Positions 26,795-36,967 of a DNA stretch of 64,000 nucleotides are shown one piece after another. Each line of letters starts with the position of its first letter. Positions within the stretch are counted from its first letter, which is position 1. Position numbers and translations under genes: made by a program. Under the pieces are notes generated by a model that saw only the letters and a program-made list of their open reading frames with translations, was not told the DNA's origin and did no database searches. The DNA comes from Arenicellales bacterium (GTDB taxonomy: Bacteria; Pseudomonadota; Gammaproteobacteria; Arenicellales; JAJDZL01), in contig OZ243952.1 in NCBI GenBank assembly GCA_965214615.1, forward strand, positions 2,648,468-2,712,467. The letters run 5' to 3'.

Positions 26795-29700
26795 ATGAAT
26801 AAGGGATTGATCGCCTACTTTGCGCAGAACCGCACGGCAGCCAAGCTGCTTACGCTGTTTGTCCTCGTCAGCGGAACAATCGCAGCGGTCCAGTTGCCTG
26901 TTCAGCTGTATCCGCAGATCGATCTGCGCCGGATCACGGTGATCGTGCCTTTTCCGGGAGCAACGCCGAAAGAGGTTGAACAGGACATCAATCGCCGGGT
27001 AGAGGAAAGCATCATCGGGCTTTCTGGGGTTGAACGCGTCGTCACCAACGCCACCGCCAATACCGGCGTCATCACTATCCGACTGACTCCGTTCGCCGAC
27101 GAAGACGCCGTACTCAGCAGTGTCGAAAACGCAGTCGACTCCATCGACAGGTTTCCTCCGCCGAAAGCTGAGCGACCGACCATCCAGATCGAGAAACTCA
27201 AGCTTGAGGTCTTGACCCTCAGCGTTTCTTCCGAAACCGCATCGGAACATGAATTGAGAAGCGTTGCCGAGGATATCCAGAACGACCTTCTGAATTTGAA
27301 GTCTGTTTCTCATGTGGACCTCGAGGGCGTTCGAGACCGGGAGATCGCAATCGAACTCGACGAAGAGCAACTGCGCCGCAATGACTTGACGTTCAGCCAG
27401 ATCGCTCGGAAAATCAAGCGCAACTCGGCAAACCTGACGTTTGGCGAGCTGAAAACCGAAAGCGGCACCATCGTCCTGTCCTCAAATGAAAAGCGCAGCG
27501 CAGGCGACGAGTACCGCGACATTCCCCTGATTACGGATCCGAACGGCTCGCTTATCACGCTAGGCGACGTGGCAGTCATCAGAGATGCATTCTCGGATCA
27601 GGATGTCGTATCGAGGCTGAACGGCAAGCCGGCGATCTTCGTGAGAGTGGGCTACGACGAGGATCAGTCCATCACAGAAATCGCCGAACGGGTGAGACAG
27701 TGGCTGGGAAGCAAGATTTTTCCAGCACACATTGACGTTGAAGTATGGAACGATAAAGCCGCTCCCTCGCTCGAACGGGTACGGGAAATCATCTCAAGCG
27801 GACTGTTCGGGCTGGTGCTCGTCTTTTTATGCCTGATCGCTGTTTTCGATCTTCGCGTAGCGACCTGGATCACCGTTGGCATTCCAATTTCCTTTATCGG
27901 CGCGTTTCTGTTTTTTGACATCGCAGCACTGACGTTGAATGTCGGCACGATTTTCGCATTCTTCCTGCTGGTGGGCATCGTCGTCGATGATGCCGTAGTC
28001 GTCGGCGAAAGCATCGCCGCAGAGCGCCAGCGCGGCAAGAACGCCTTGGACGCGGCGATTTCCGGGACCAAGGCGGTTGCCGCTCCCATTACAATCGGCG
28101 TCATCACAACCCTGCTGGCGTTCACCCCGCTTTTGTTCGTCACCTCGGAACGGTTTCAAATTTTCAAAGTCATTCCCGTAGTCGGATTCTTCGTACTGCT
28201 GGTATCCTTGATCGAAGCATTTCTGATTCTTCCGGCCCATCTGTCCCACGAAAAGCCGTGGAGCCTTGCTCCGCTTAGAAACATTCAGGAGCGCACCAGC
28301 AGCTGGCTGGACAGCTTGCGCGACAAGGTGGTCTCGCCGATTGTCATCTGGTCTACCAATCACATCATATTGACGCCGGTTATCGGTCTGATCATCGTCG
28401 TGGCAGCCTGCCTGCTTCTAACGACGGGAGCCGTGCGAATCATTATCGGCGACCAGCTTAGAAACGTATCCGACAGCATTCTGGCTGAAATCACCCACAC
28501 GGCAGGCACACCTTTCGACGCGACTTTGGCGGCGGCGGAAAAATTCGCCGAGGCGGCGGAACAAGCCAATGAAGAACTCGGCGGCAATGCGGTCAAGTCA
28601 ATCAGCCTGATTGCCGGCCTTCCCTCGACAAAGATCAAGACAACTGGCGATTTTGTCCGGAGCTCGGCCGCGAATCAGGCGGCTGTCAGAGTGCACCTCA
28701 ACGATCAGGACGTCCGCGATGTCTCGGTTCCGCTGTTTGAACGCACCTGGCGACACAAGATTGAAAATATATCCTCTTTTCAACGCGTTGAATTTCAATC
28801 AGCAAGAACCCTCACCCGGCCCAGCATCTCCTACTCGCTGCTGTTCAATGATCGCAAGATCCTGCAGTCCGCGGTTGCCGACTTCAAGGCCATGCTGTCG
28901 AAAGAGCCCGGCATCTATGACCTGAACGACAACATGTCGCTTGGCAATCGTCAGTTTGAAATCGAATTGACTGACGCAGGCAAGCTGGCCGGGCTGACAC
29001 TGACGAGCCTTGGCGCACAGCTCAGAGCGAATTACCATGGTCTGGAGGTGCAGCGCATTCAAAGAGGACATGACGAAATCAAGGTAATGCTTCGATACCC
29101 CGAGCATCAGAGACAGAATTTGAGCGATTTGGCAAACGTACGGATTCGAATCGGCAACGGTCGCGAAATGCCGCTGCCAGTCGCAGCAAGAATTACAGAA
29201 AAGCGCGAATTGTCGAAACTGACACGAATCAACGGCGAGGTAGCCGCCTTGATCAACGGCTACGCGGACGAAACGGTTGCCACTCCGATCCAGATCAGAA
29301 GAAAGATCAATGAGACGCATATTCCCAAATTGCTCAGGGAATATCCCGGATTGACCATCGACATTGACGGAAGCGCACGCGAGGAAGCATCCATGATCAA
29401 GGTGCTGGCTGTCATGACTCCGCTCGTATTGCTCGCGATGTACGTACTGGTGGCAACGTTTCTTCGAAGTTACTGGAAGCCGCTTGTCGTCGTTTTCGGA
29501 TTCCCCGTGGCTTTCGCCGGCGCCGTAGCCAGCCACCTGATACTGGGCTGGGATTTCACCGGCATGTCCATGATGGGAATCATCGCAGTGCTCGGCGTCA
29601 TCGTCAATGATGCCTTGGTACTGCTCGACCGCTACAACAAGATACGCAGGGCGGATGTCAATTTGCCTGCTATCGCCATCGCATCGGCTGCGATGCATCA

Positions 29701-29896
29701 CCGGTTTAGAGCGGTCTTCCTCACAAGCCTGACCACAGTACTGGGGCTCTCGCCGCTGCTGTATGTGCGTAGCGAAGAGCTTCTAAGCTTCATACCATTC
29801 GTAGTCAGCATGCTGGGCGGTCTCATATTTGCCAGTCTTTTCACGCTGTTCATGCTGCCGGCGCTGGTGATGCTGATCGAAGGCCGCAGGGAATAG
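26795..29896 (+). CDS. efflux RND transporter permease (AcrB/AcrD/AcrF family)
   Basis: 1033 aa with the typical N-terminus and 12-TM, two-large-loop layout. VVDDAVVVGE and VNDALVLLD motifs. Confidence 0.9.
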   Translation: MNKGLIAYFAQNRTAAKLLTLFVLVSGTIAAVQLPVQLYPQIDLRRITVIVPFPGATPKEVEQDINRRVEESIIGLSGVERVVTNATANTGVITIRLTPFADEDAVLSSVENAVDSIDRFPPPKAERPTIQIEKLKLEVLTLSVSSETASEHELRSVAEDIQNDLLNLKSVSHVDLEGVRDREIAIELDEEQLRRNDLTFSQIARKIKRNSANLTFGELKTESGTIVLSSNEKRSAGDEYRDIPLITDPNGSLITLGDVAVIRDAFSDQDVVSRLNGKPAIFVRVGYDEDQSITEIAERVRQWLGSKIFPAHIDVEVWNDKAAPSLERVREIISSGLFGLVLVFLCLIAVFDLRVATWITVGIPISFIGAFLFFDIAALTLNVGTIFAFFLLVGIVVDDAVVVGESIAAERQRGKNALDAAISGTKAVAAPITIGVITTLLAFTPLLFVTSERFQIFKVIPVVGFFVLLVSLIEAFLILPAHLSHEKPWSLAPLRNIQERTSSWLDSLRDKVVSPIVIWSTNHIILTPVIGLIIVVAACLLLTTGAVRIIIGDQLRNVSDSILAEITHTAGTPFDATLAAAEKFAEAAEQANEELGGNAVKSISLIAGLPSTKIKTTGDFVRSSAANQAAVRVHLNDQDVRDVSVPLFERTWRHKIENISSFQRVEFQSARTLTRPSISYSLLFNDRKILQSAVADFKAMLSKEPGIYDLNDNMSLGNRQFEIELTDAGKLAGLTLTSLGAQLRANYHGLEVQRIQRGHDEIKVMLRYPEHQRQNLSDLANVRIRIGNGREMPLPVAARITEKRELSKLTRINGEVAALINGYADETVATPIQIRRKINETHIPKLLREYPGLTIDIDGSAREEASMIKVLAVMTPLVLLAMYVLVATFLRSYWKPLVVVFGFPVAFAGAVASHLILGWDFTGMSMMGIIAVLGVIVNDALVLLDRYNKIRRADVNLPAIAIASAAMHHRFRAVFLTSLTTVLGLSPLLYVRSEELLSFIPFVVSMLGGLIFASLFTLFMLPALVMLIEGRRE

Positions 29897-30033
29897 CCGC
29901 CGCAGACCCCTGATTGCCTGCCGACATTCCGGCAGGCACCGATGGTCCGAAGCAGGCGAATCGAGCAGCGGTTCGGGAACTCGGATTGGCTGCGCGGTCA
30001 GACTCGCGGATTGACCCGCCCGTGCGATTGCAC

Positions 30034-30651
30034 TCAGTCTGACGCGGTTCTTGCGCCGAATTGCTGAACGATTCGATCGAAAAAGAAATTCATAATCTTG
30101 TCAACCGATTGCTCCACCGTCAGCCCTTCGGTATCAATCCGCAAATCGGGGCTATCAGGCGCCTCGAAGGGTGAATCAATGCCGGTAAACATTTCCAATT
30201 CGCCGCGAAGCGCCGTTGCATAAAGTCCTTTCGGGTCGCGTGACCGACATGTTTCGACCGAAGCGTCAATAAAGGTCTCCACGAAGTTTTCGCGGCGCAA
30301 AATCCGACGTGCGGCTTCACGGTCCGAATTGAACGGTGAAATCAGAGACACGATGACCGTGATTCCCGAATCTGCGATAATTTTGGATATCTCGGCAACT
30401 CGACGGATATTTTCTGCGCGGTCATCGCGGTCAAAGCCAAGATCATTGCACAGCCCGCGGCGAACTTCGTCTCCGTCCAGTATGCAGGCAGCGATTTTGT
30501 GGCTCCTCAGTTCACGCGCCAGATGCGTCGCTATGGTGGTCTTGCCCGCGCCAGACAGTCCTGTAAACCAAAATACTGTGGACTTGTCGCCGATGAAGTC
30601 GGCGCTTGCGGAATTCTCCGAGGCGGCCGAATTGGTGTGTTCCAGTTTCAC
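30034..30651 (-). CDS. cysC: adenylylsulfate (APS) kinase
   Basis: FWFTGLSGAGKTT P-loop, LDGDEVR, and FISPF-like LISPF motif. Confidence 0.9.
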   Translation of the reverse strand: MKLEHTNSAASENSASADFIGDKSTVFWFTGLSGAGKTTIATHLARELRSHKIAACILDGDEVRRGLCNDLGFDRDDRAENIRRVAEISKIIADSGITVIVSLISPFNSDREAARRILRRENFVETFIDASVETCRSRDPKGLYATALRGELEMFTGIDSPFEAPDSPDLRIDTEGLTVEQSVDKIMNFFFDRIVQQFGARTASD

Positions 30652-30803
30652 TGTCTGATTGTTCCCGATGGCAGACGCAAAAAGTCAATATTTTACTGCC
30701 ATGGCCTTGGAACTGAATTGATATTTTTGCACCGATTAAGACGCGCCGCAAGAGACGAAATGTCCTGCGCTAGGCACGGTCATCACTTCAAGGCACTCCG
30801 TCT

Positions 30804-33344
30804 TTATCCGGCTGTGCGGGTGCGTCGATACAGCCACAGCAGCAGCAATATGATCAGCGGGCCGGATGCCAGATTGACCGCCAGGACTACAGTGCGCAGC
30901 AATTGGACGCTTTCGCGCACTTGAAGGCGCAATTCACGCATTTGCGACCGCAGTGGAAGAGCCTGAATCTGCAGCTCGGCAATCTGACGCGAAACACCTT
31001 CAGGCAACTCGGCAGCCGAGGCCGCACCGGATTCGACGATCAGTTGCTCAATGCGCTGCTCAATGTCGAAGACGCGGCGTCCCAGCTCGGACTGGCTCTG
31101 CTGAACCGATTCGCCAGCTTCAGAGACAATCTCGGCAACCCGTGTAAATCGTCGATTCACTTCATCGCGAAGCCTGATTTCGTCAAGCCGGTAGCTGCCG
31201 GTGAGATATTCCACCAAGTTCAGGAACCACTGACGGTTTCCATTGATCGGTACAGCTGCAGCATTGCCATCGACGTGACGCACTTGTGCGGAAAACTGAT
31301 CATGGATCCAATCGGCATCGGCAATCGCAATCAGCGTGCCCGGTTTTTCATGCGCCGGATCGGTGCGATCGTCAAACGCACTGCCGATACCGCCCTGCAC
31401 CGCTGCCGCGACAACCCGGCTGGCCGAATCACTTTCGAATCGGTATGCCAGTTCCTCTATGCCAAGTCTCGAAAAAACTTTCTTGTCCAATTCGCCGCTT
31501 CCCGGACCCGTAATCAGCAAGGGCCGGGCAAACGACCCGGAGTCCAGTTCGAATGACCCCGGTTCGGCAAGAAGCAGATCTCGCTGCTGTCCGGCAACCG
31601 GGTGATCGAGACTCGCACCGTCGACCCCGAATCGGATCCAGAAAGGATACGCAATCGAAGCGCCGCCGCGCGTGGTCACCGGCATGCCCGTGTCGCGGTT
31701 GCCGACGACGACATGATCCATGTAGCGGATTCCATAATGGGCCAGCAAGTCAGACACATCGTTGATCTCGCTCGATATCGAAGTATTGACCGCATTGCCC
31801 GCAAGATCCAGCCGGCTGAACGGGTCCAGCATAGCAATGACGTTGCCTCCGTTGATCAGGAAATCATCAATCTGGCGCAGCAGCGACGCTCGCATGACCT
31901 TTGCGTTAAACAGCACCAGCAAATCGAGATCATGCGCCAATTCATCGGTAAAAAACGGCATCGCGGCAACATCGTACGATTTGCGCAACTGCGAAAGAAT
32001 GCTCAGGCCCTCGGCACCCGCGATCGCAGATCGGGGCTGAATGGCCGGACCCAGCAAGCCGACCCTAGGCACCTGCGGCGCTGCAAACGACGCCAGAATC
32101 ACGGCGATATCGTATTCAATGAACCGGCTTCGCGACAGGTCGAAATACGGAATCACGCCGGTTTGGCCGCCCTGTTCAAAGGCGGCCCCGAAATAGAAAT
32201 GCGCACCGCTAGACAGCGTAATCCTCTGCACTCCCCGCTCCAGCGCCTCCAGTTCCAGTTCGGTATCAAGACTGGGCGTCACGCTTTCAATGTCAAGCCT
32301 GCCGCCGGAGCGGGATTCGAGGATTGACAGGAACGACTCGACACGGCGGGCATGACTGCGGATGCTCACCGGCATGGATTCCTGATCTGCGCTGTAGTAG
32401 AGCGTCACCGCCGTATCAGAGGGCAGCGCATCGAGAATCTGCCGAGTGACCTGACTGATCGTGAATTCCTTGTGTTCAGTGACATCGAGGAACATTGATG
32501 CTGATTGAAGGGTCCACGCGAGCGGAACAATCGTCAAGCCAATGGCGGCGAGCACGATCAATGACCGCAGCGACACTTTTCGATGCACGCGATAGGATGC
32601 CAGCGCGAATGAGGCGATCAGAAACGCCGCCGTCGTCGCAGCAAAATAGGCCAGTGCCGCATACTCAAGACGCCCGGACAGGCATTCGCCGATCCAGTAC
32701 ATGGGACTCAATTGCTGAATGACCTGGATCACATAGGCCGGAACAATGCCCTGTGCCGTATCGGCAGTGACCTCCCATCCTCCTGCGGTCAGCACAAACA
32801 GAGTCACCGTGCCGAGGACGAACGAACTGGCCTGCTCGCGCGCTGCTACCGAACAAAGAAGCGCAATCGCGAAAAAGTTCCACAGCAAAAGCGCGCCGGC
32901 CAGATAGCTCGAAATGACAACGCCGGCGTCCAGATCCCCCAGATAGGCCAGCGTCGCCGGAAACGGCGCCGTCAGAACCAGAAACACAAGCAAGACAATT
33001 GCACCTGCCGCAAACTTGCCCAAAACGATGCTGGCCAGGCCCAGCGGCAATGTCTGCATCAATTCCATATTCCGGCTCTGAGTTTCGGACGGCCAGGCAC
33101 GCATCGCAAGTGCCGGCACAAACACCAGAGCCAGCCAAGGCAAGTATTCGAACATGACGCGAACGCTGGAATGATCGGAGTTGAACACATCCGCCACAAG
33201 CCACAAGCCGGCTTGAAGGGTAATCACGAAGCCGCCAAGAAAAATCCACGAAAGCGGCGAGCTAAGGCAGCTCGTCAACTCGTGTTCCGCAACGCACCAG
33301 ACCCTGCTTGCCAAAGGGGCGGCAGTTGCTTTCGGCACGCTCAT
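30804..33344 (-). CDS. fused ABC-2-type permease / GldG-like auxiliary domain protein
   Basis: 846 aa. About 280 aa of multi-pass ABC-2-like membrane domain is followed by a large soluble GldG-like region, a coiled-coil stretch and a terminal TM. The start overlaps the ATPase stop by 4 nt. Confidence 0.75.
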   Translation of the reverse strand: MSVPKATAAPLASRVWCVAEHELTSCLSSPLSWIFLGGFVITLQAGLWLVADVFNSDHSSVRVMFEYLPWLALVFVPALAMRAWPSETQSRNMELMQTLPLGLASIVLGKFAAGAIVLLVFLVLTAPFPATLAYLGDLDAGVVISSYLAGALLLWNFFAIALLCSVAAREQASSFVLGTVTLFVLTAGGWEVTADTAQGIVPAYVIQVIQQLSPMYWIGECLSGRLEYAALAYFAATTAAFLIASFALASYRVHRKVSLRSLIVLAAIGLTIVPLAWTLQSASMFLDVTEHKEFTISQVTRQILDALPSDTAVTLYYSADQESMPVSIRSHARRVESFLSILESRSGGRLDIESVTPSLDTELELEALERGVQRITLSSGAHFYFGAAFEQGGQTGVIPYFDLSRSRFIEYDIAVILASFAAPQVPRVGLLGPAIQPRSAIAGAEGLSILSQLRKSYDVAAMPFFTDELAHDLDLLVLFNAKVMRASLLRQIDDFLINGGNVIAMLDPFSRLDLAGNAVNTSISSEINDVSDLLAHYGIRYMDHVVVGNRDTGMPVTTRGGASIAYPFWIRFGVDGASLDHPVAGQQRDLLLAEPGSFELDSGSFARPLLITGPGSGELDKKVFSRLGIEELAYRFESDSASRVVAAAVQGGIGSAFDDRTDPAHEKPGTLIAIADADWIHDQFSAQVRHVDGNAAAVPINGNRQWFLNLVEYLTGSYRLDEIRLRDEVNRRFTRVAEIVSEAGESVQQSQSELGRRVFDIEQRIEQLIVESGAASAAELPEGVSRQIAELQIQALPLRSQMRELRLQVRESVQLLRTVVLAVNLASGPLIILLLLWLYRRTRTAG

Positions 33345-34051
33345 GCGTCGGCGACAGCCTGCCGGTATCGGGAGAATATTCTGCCGTTGCCGTCAAGCAA
33401 ATCGACCGTGGGGGAGTCTTCAAGAACCAGGCCGTCAGAAATAATAATGGCATGGCCGCATAGTTCTTCGACTTCTTCGAGAATGTGGGTGGAGACAAGA
33501 ATTGTTTTGCGCTCTGCCAAATTGGCGATTGCCGTTCGAAGGCTTTGCTTTTGCAGCGGGTCCAGGCCGTCGGTGGGTTCATCCAGGATTAAAATCGACG
33601 GGTCGTGAACCAGCGCCTGCGCAAGCCATGCGCGCTGGCGCCAGCCCTTTGACAGGCTGCCAAGCGTGCGATGCATCACCGGCGACATATCCACATGCGC
33701 GAAAACACGTTCAACAGCTTCGCTGCGCCGCTTTCGCCCCAGCCGCGACTGGGCGGCGAATTTCAGAAACTCCAAGACGGTCAACTCCTGGAATCCATGT
33801 GCAGATTCCGGCACATAGCCGATTTTGGATTGAATCGGCAAGCGCGCATCGCGCATGTCTTCGCCGTCGACGCGGATCGTGCCGGCATATGCGCCATAGT
33901 ACCCGGCGAGACAGCGCATCGCTGTCGACTTGCCGGCGCCGTTGGGGCCCAGCAGGCCGGCTACAGTGCCGCACTGCAATGTAAAACTGACATCCCGCAA
34001 TGCAACCGCAGGACCGAATCGCATGCTTAGATTTTGAACTTCAATAGACAC
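33341..34051 (-). CDS. ABC transporter ATP-binding protein (ABC-2/GldA-like)
   Basis: Walker A GPNGAGKST, signature LSKGWRQR, Walker B LILDEPTDGLD. Confidence 0.9.
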   Translation of the reverse strand: MSIEVQNLSMRFGPAVALRDVSFTLQCGTVAGLLGPNGAGKSTAMRCLAGYYGAYAGTIRVDGEDMRDARLPIQSKIGYVPESAHGFQELTVLEFLKFAAQSRLGRKRRSEAVERVFAHVDMSPVMHRTLGSLSKGWRQRAWLAQALVHDPSILILDEPTDGLDPLQKQSLRTAIANLAERKTILVSTHILEEVEELCGHAIIISDGLVLEDSPTVDLLDGNGRIFSRYRQAVADA

Positions 34052-34128
34052 GGCATCAATTTGCGACTGCCCAGGCAGCGCCGTTGCTCCCGCGCAGTCC
34101 AGTCCTGGACCCTGAGTGCGCCGTCAGG

Positions 34129-34335
34129 CTATGCGAGATACCCGGCCACAATAAAGACAAGGATGCTGAATCCGGTCAGACCGTATCCCAGCCAGAGCAG
34201 CACCCGTCCGAGCGCGCTCTTGCCTGACTTGCCCATTATGATACTGCCGGCGGTTGCCATGATCGCGCCGACAATCGCTGCGGTGATGAAAACTGGACGC
34301 TGGGCGACCAATTCGAGCAGGTTCCAGAATCCCAT
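34129..34335 (-). CDS. small two-TM membrane protein, hypothetical
   Basis: MGFWNLLELVAQRPVFITAAIVGAIMATAG...LLWLGYGLTGFSILVFIVAGYL gives two clear hydrophobic helices. There is no clear Shine-Dalgarno, so the call is tentative. Confidence 0.4.
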   Translation of the reverse strand: MGFWNLLELVAQRPVFITAAIVGAIMATAGSIIMGKSGKSALGRVLLWLGYGLTGFSILVFIVAGYLA

Positions 34336-34379
34336 AGATAAAAATCTTCGCAAAGCGCAGCACGCTGCAGCAGCGGCGA

Positions 34380-35216
34380 TCAGCCGGATTGCGAGGACAG
34401 CGCGCTGACCAGGTCGCCCTGAGTCGAGGCGCCGAAACTCTTTTTCGCCTCATCGTGCAGAATCTCAAGCGCCTGGCGCTTGTATTCGTAGACCTCGGGC
34501 AGAGTAAGCATGTGAAAATCCCGCGGTCGCGGAAGGCTGATGTCGATTATGTCCCGAACAGTCGTGGGCGTATTGGACAGCACGACAATCTGGTCGGCAA
34601 GGAAAATCGCCTCGTCCAGCTCCGACGTGACAAAGATATGCGTGCGCTGGGAGTCCTCGTACAGCTTCAGAAAGAATTCCTGCATCAGTTGCCGCGTCAT
34701 CGCGTCGAGGCCGCGGAACGGCTCATCCATGATCATCAGCTCGGGCTGGTTGATCATGGCGCGGGCAAGCTCGGCACGGCGCTGCATTCCACCGGAAAGC
34801 TGCAGCGGATACTTGTCGGCGAACTCGGTAAGGCCGACAATGCCAAGCAGTTCGTGGGCGCGCCTGCGCAGTTCGCGGCCTTTAAGGTCGCCGCGCAGCT
34901 TGGGGCCGAAAATGACATTCTGGTATGTCGTCAGCCAAGGCAGCAGGGTTGTTTCCTGAAACACCACCATGCGCTCATGCACCGGACCGGCGATAGCTTT
35001 GCCGCCAACACTGATCTTGCCCGAATCGGGACGCTCGTAGCCGGCAACCAGATTGACCAGCGTCGTCTTACCGCAGCCTGACGGGCCGACCAGCGCAGTC
35101 AATGTGCCGGGCTGCACCACAAGACTGAAGTTTTCAATGATCTGATGCCGGTCCCACGCTTCGCCGTAGGACTTGCTCACACCGCTTATTTCAACAGTTA
35201 CTGCATCCACTGCCAT
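34380..35216 (-). CDS. ABC transporter ATP-binding protein, NitT/TauT family (canonical signature)
   Basis: ATG at 35216, 4 nt after the upstream permease stop. GPSGCGKTT, LSGGMQRR, MIMDEPFRGLD. Confidence 0.9.
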   Translation of the reverse strand: MAVDAVTVEISGVSKSYGEAWDRHQIIENFSLVVQPGTLTALVGPSGCGKTTLVNLVAGYERPDSGKISVGGKAIAGPVHERMVVFQETTLLPWLTTYQNVIFGPKLRGDLKGRELRRRAHELLGIVGLTEFADKYPLQLSGGMQRRAELARAMINQPELMIMDEPFRGLDAMTRQLMQEFFLKLYEDSQRTHIFVTSELDEAIFLADQIVVLSNTPTTVRDIIDISLPRPRDFHMLTLPEVYEYKRQALEILHDEAKKSFGASTQGDLVSALSSQSG

Positions 35217-35220
35217 ACTC

Positions 35221-36120
35221 CTAGAACAGACGCCGCCAAGGCATGGAGATTTCTCCGATCTTGCGAATCGCGCTGCTCGACAGGTAGCCCGCAATACCGA
35301 TACTGATCATTCCCACGACGATCTGCTCCAAAGAGCCGCCCATGTAGGAATTCCAGATGAAAAAGCCCAGACCGCCGCCGGCCTGAGTGCCGCCGCCGGA
35401 TATCATTTCCGCTGCGAGCACGACTTCCCAGGTAATTCCCATTCCCACTGCGGCGCCGGTGAAAATCGACGGCAATGTTCCGGGAAGAACAATCTTGAAA
35501 AACAGGTGACGCTGCGTGGCGCCCATGGACTGAGCGGCCCTGAGATAATTGATATCGATGCTTCGCGCACCGCCGACCACGTTGATCACGATCGTAAAGA
35601 AGGCGCCGAGGAATGTCACGAACGCAATGGACATTTCATTCGTCGGCCAGAAAATCAGCGAAGCCGGCACCCACGCCAGAGGCGGTATCGGGCGCAGCAC
35701 TTCGAATGGCGCAAAGAACACGGATCGAAAATAGCGGTTGACCGCCAGCGCGAGCCCGAACGGAATCCCGATCAGCTGCGCCGCAATGAATCCTTGAAAC
35801 ACGCGCCAGAAGCTCAAATACCAGCTCTCCCAGTATCCTCGCTTGAAAATCACATCGCCCCAGGCGACCAGAACATCGGCCGGCGGCGGGACCAGGCCGA
35901 TCCACGGCAGCTGGTATCCGAACCATTCGTCCCATCGCGCGCCGATCTCCCACAGAACGATGAACAGCAGAATCGCCGCCACTCCGCGCCATAGCTTGGT
36001 ATTCGCCCTGACTTTCTGCTTGAACGAAGTCCGATAAAGCGCATCCATCTTGGTTGCGCGGCTGTCAGGGGCGGATGACGAAGCGCCTTGACTGTCCGTT
36101 TGCTCACTCATTGGATCCAC
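35221..36120 (-). CDS. ABC transporter permease, NitT/TauT family
   Basis: Multi-pass membrane protein of the BPD-transporter type. Tightly packed between the two ATPase genes. Confidence 0.88.
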   Translation of the reverse strand: MDPMSEQTDSQGASSSAPDSRATKMDALYRTSFKQKVRANTKLWRGVAAILLFIVLWEIGARWDEWFGYQLPWIGLVPPPADVLVAWGDVIFKRGYWESWYLSFWRVFQGFIAAQLIGIPFGLALAVNRYFRSVFFAPFEVLRPIPPLAWVPASLIFWPTNEMSIAFVTFLGAFFTIVINVVGGARSIDINYLRAAQSMGATQRHLFFKIVLPGTLPSIFTGAAVGMGITWEVVLAAEMISGGGTQAGGGLGFFIWNSYMGGSLEQIVVGMISIGIAGYLSSSAIRKIGEISMPWRRLF

Positions 36121-36126
36121 CTCGTA

Positions 36127-36966
36127 TCAAGCCAGCTCGCGCTCGCCCGCTTCAAATGCCTTTTGCGCTTCTTCATGGACTGCGTCGTTCGCCTCGTCGA
36201 CCAGTTCGCGGAATTCCTCCGAAGACAGCACGTGATAATCCCGCGGCCGCGGAATGTCCACATTGAGAATAATCTTGGTCTTCGCCGGCCGGGTCGTCAT
36301 CACAACAACCTTGTCGCCGAGAAAGATCGCTTCTTCCAGATCATGCGTGATAAAGAAAATGGTCACCTTGGTGCGATCATACATTTCAAGCAGCGCTTCG
36401 TGCATGATCGACTTGGTCAGCGCATCCATCGCCCGATAGGGCTCATCGAGAAGCAGTACGCTTGGCGAATTGATCAGCGCCCGCACAATCTCGGCCCTTC
36501 GCGCCATTCCTGACGACACTTCGCCAGGGAATTTCTTTACGAAGGAACCAAGACCCGCTTCATGCAGCATTTCCCCTGCCTTTTCCCGAGCCTGAGCCGG
36601 CTTCAGGACTCCTTGCACAATCGGACCGTAGGCGACGTTGTCGAGCAGAGATTTCCATGGAAACAGCGCACCATTTTGAAAAACCACGACACGGTCGGCA
36701 CCTTGCTGCGCCAGCGGCCTGGATTCGTCGCAAAGCAATTCGCCATCAAGATGAATCGAACCGAAGGTTATGGAATGAAAGCCGGCGATCGCATTCAAAA
36801 GTGTCGTCTTGCCGCAGCCAGACGGACCGACAACCATGCACACTTCGCCCGCAGCGATGTCAAGCGAGCAGTCATCGACTGCCATCACATTCACTCCGCT
36901 CGGATCGTAGATCTTCGTGACGTTGCGAATGTCCAGGCGTCCCTTTGGCGCACCGTTCGAACTCAT
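36127..36966 (-). CDS. ABC transporter ATP-binding protein, NitT/TauT family, with a degenerate signature motif
   Basis: Walker A GPSGCGKTT and Walker B LLLDEPYRAMD are intact. The signature reads VSSGMARR (nt 36496-36519) instead of LSGGxxQR. Confidence 0.9.
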   Translation of the reverse strand: MSSNGAPKGRLDIRNVTKIYDPSGVNVMAVDDCSLDIAAGEVCMVVGPSGCGKTTLLNAIAGFHSITFGSIHLDGELLCDESRPLAQQGADRVVVFQNGALFPWKSLLDNVAYGPIVQGVLKPAQAREKAGEMLHEAGLGSFVKKFPGEVSSGMARRAEIVRALINSPSVLLLDEPYRAMDALTKSIMHEALLEMYDRTKVTIFFITHDLEEAIFLGDKVVVMTTRPAKTKIILNVDIPRPRDYHVLSSEEFRELVDEANDAVHEEAQKAFEAGERELA

Positions 36967-36967
36967 G

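Noticed and set aside
29915-29938. 9-bp hairpin TGCCTGCCG-acattc-CGGCAGGCA between the convergent RND pump and cysC genes.
   Set aside because: It could act as a bidirectional terminator, but no T tract follows on either strand. The evidence is too weak to annotate.
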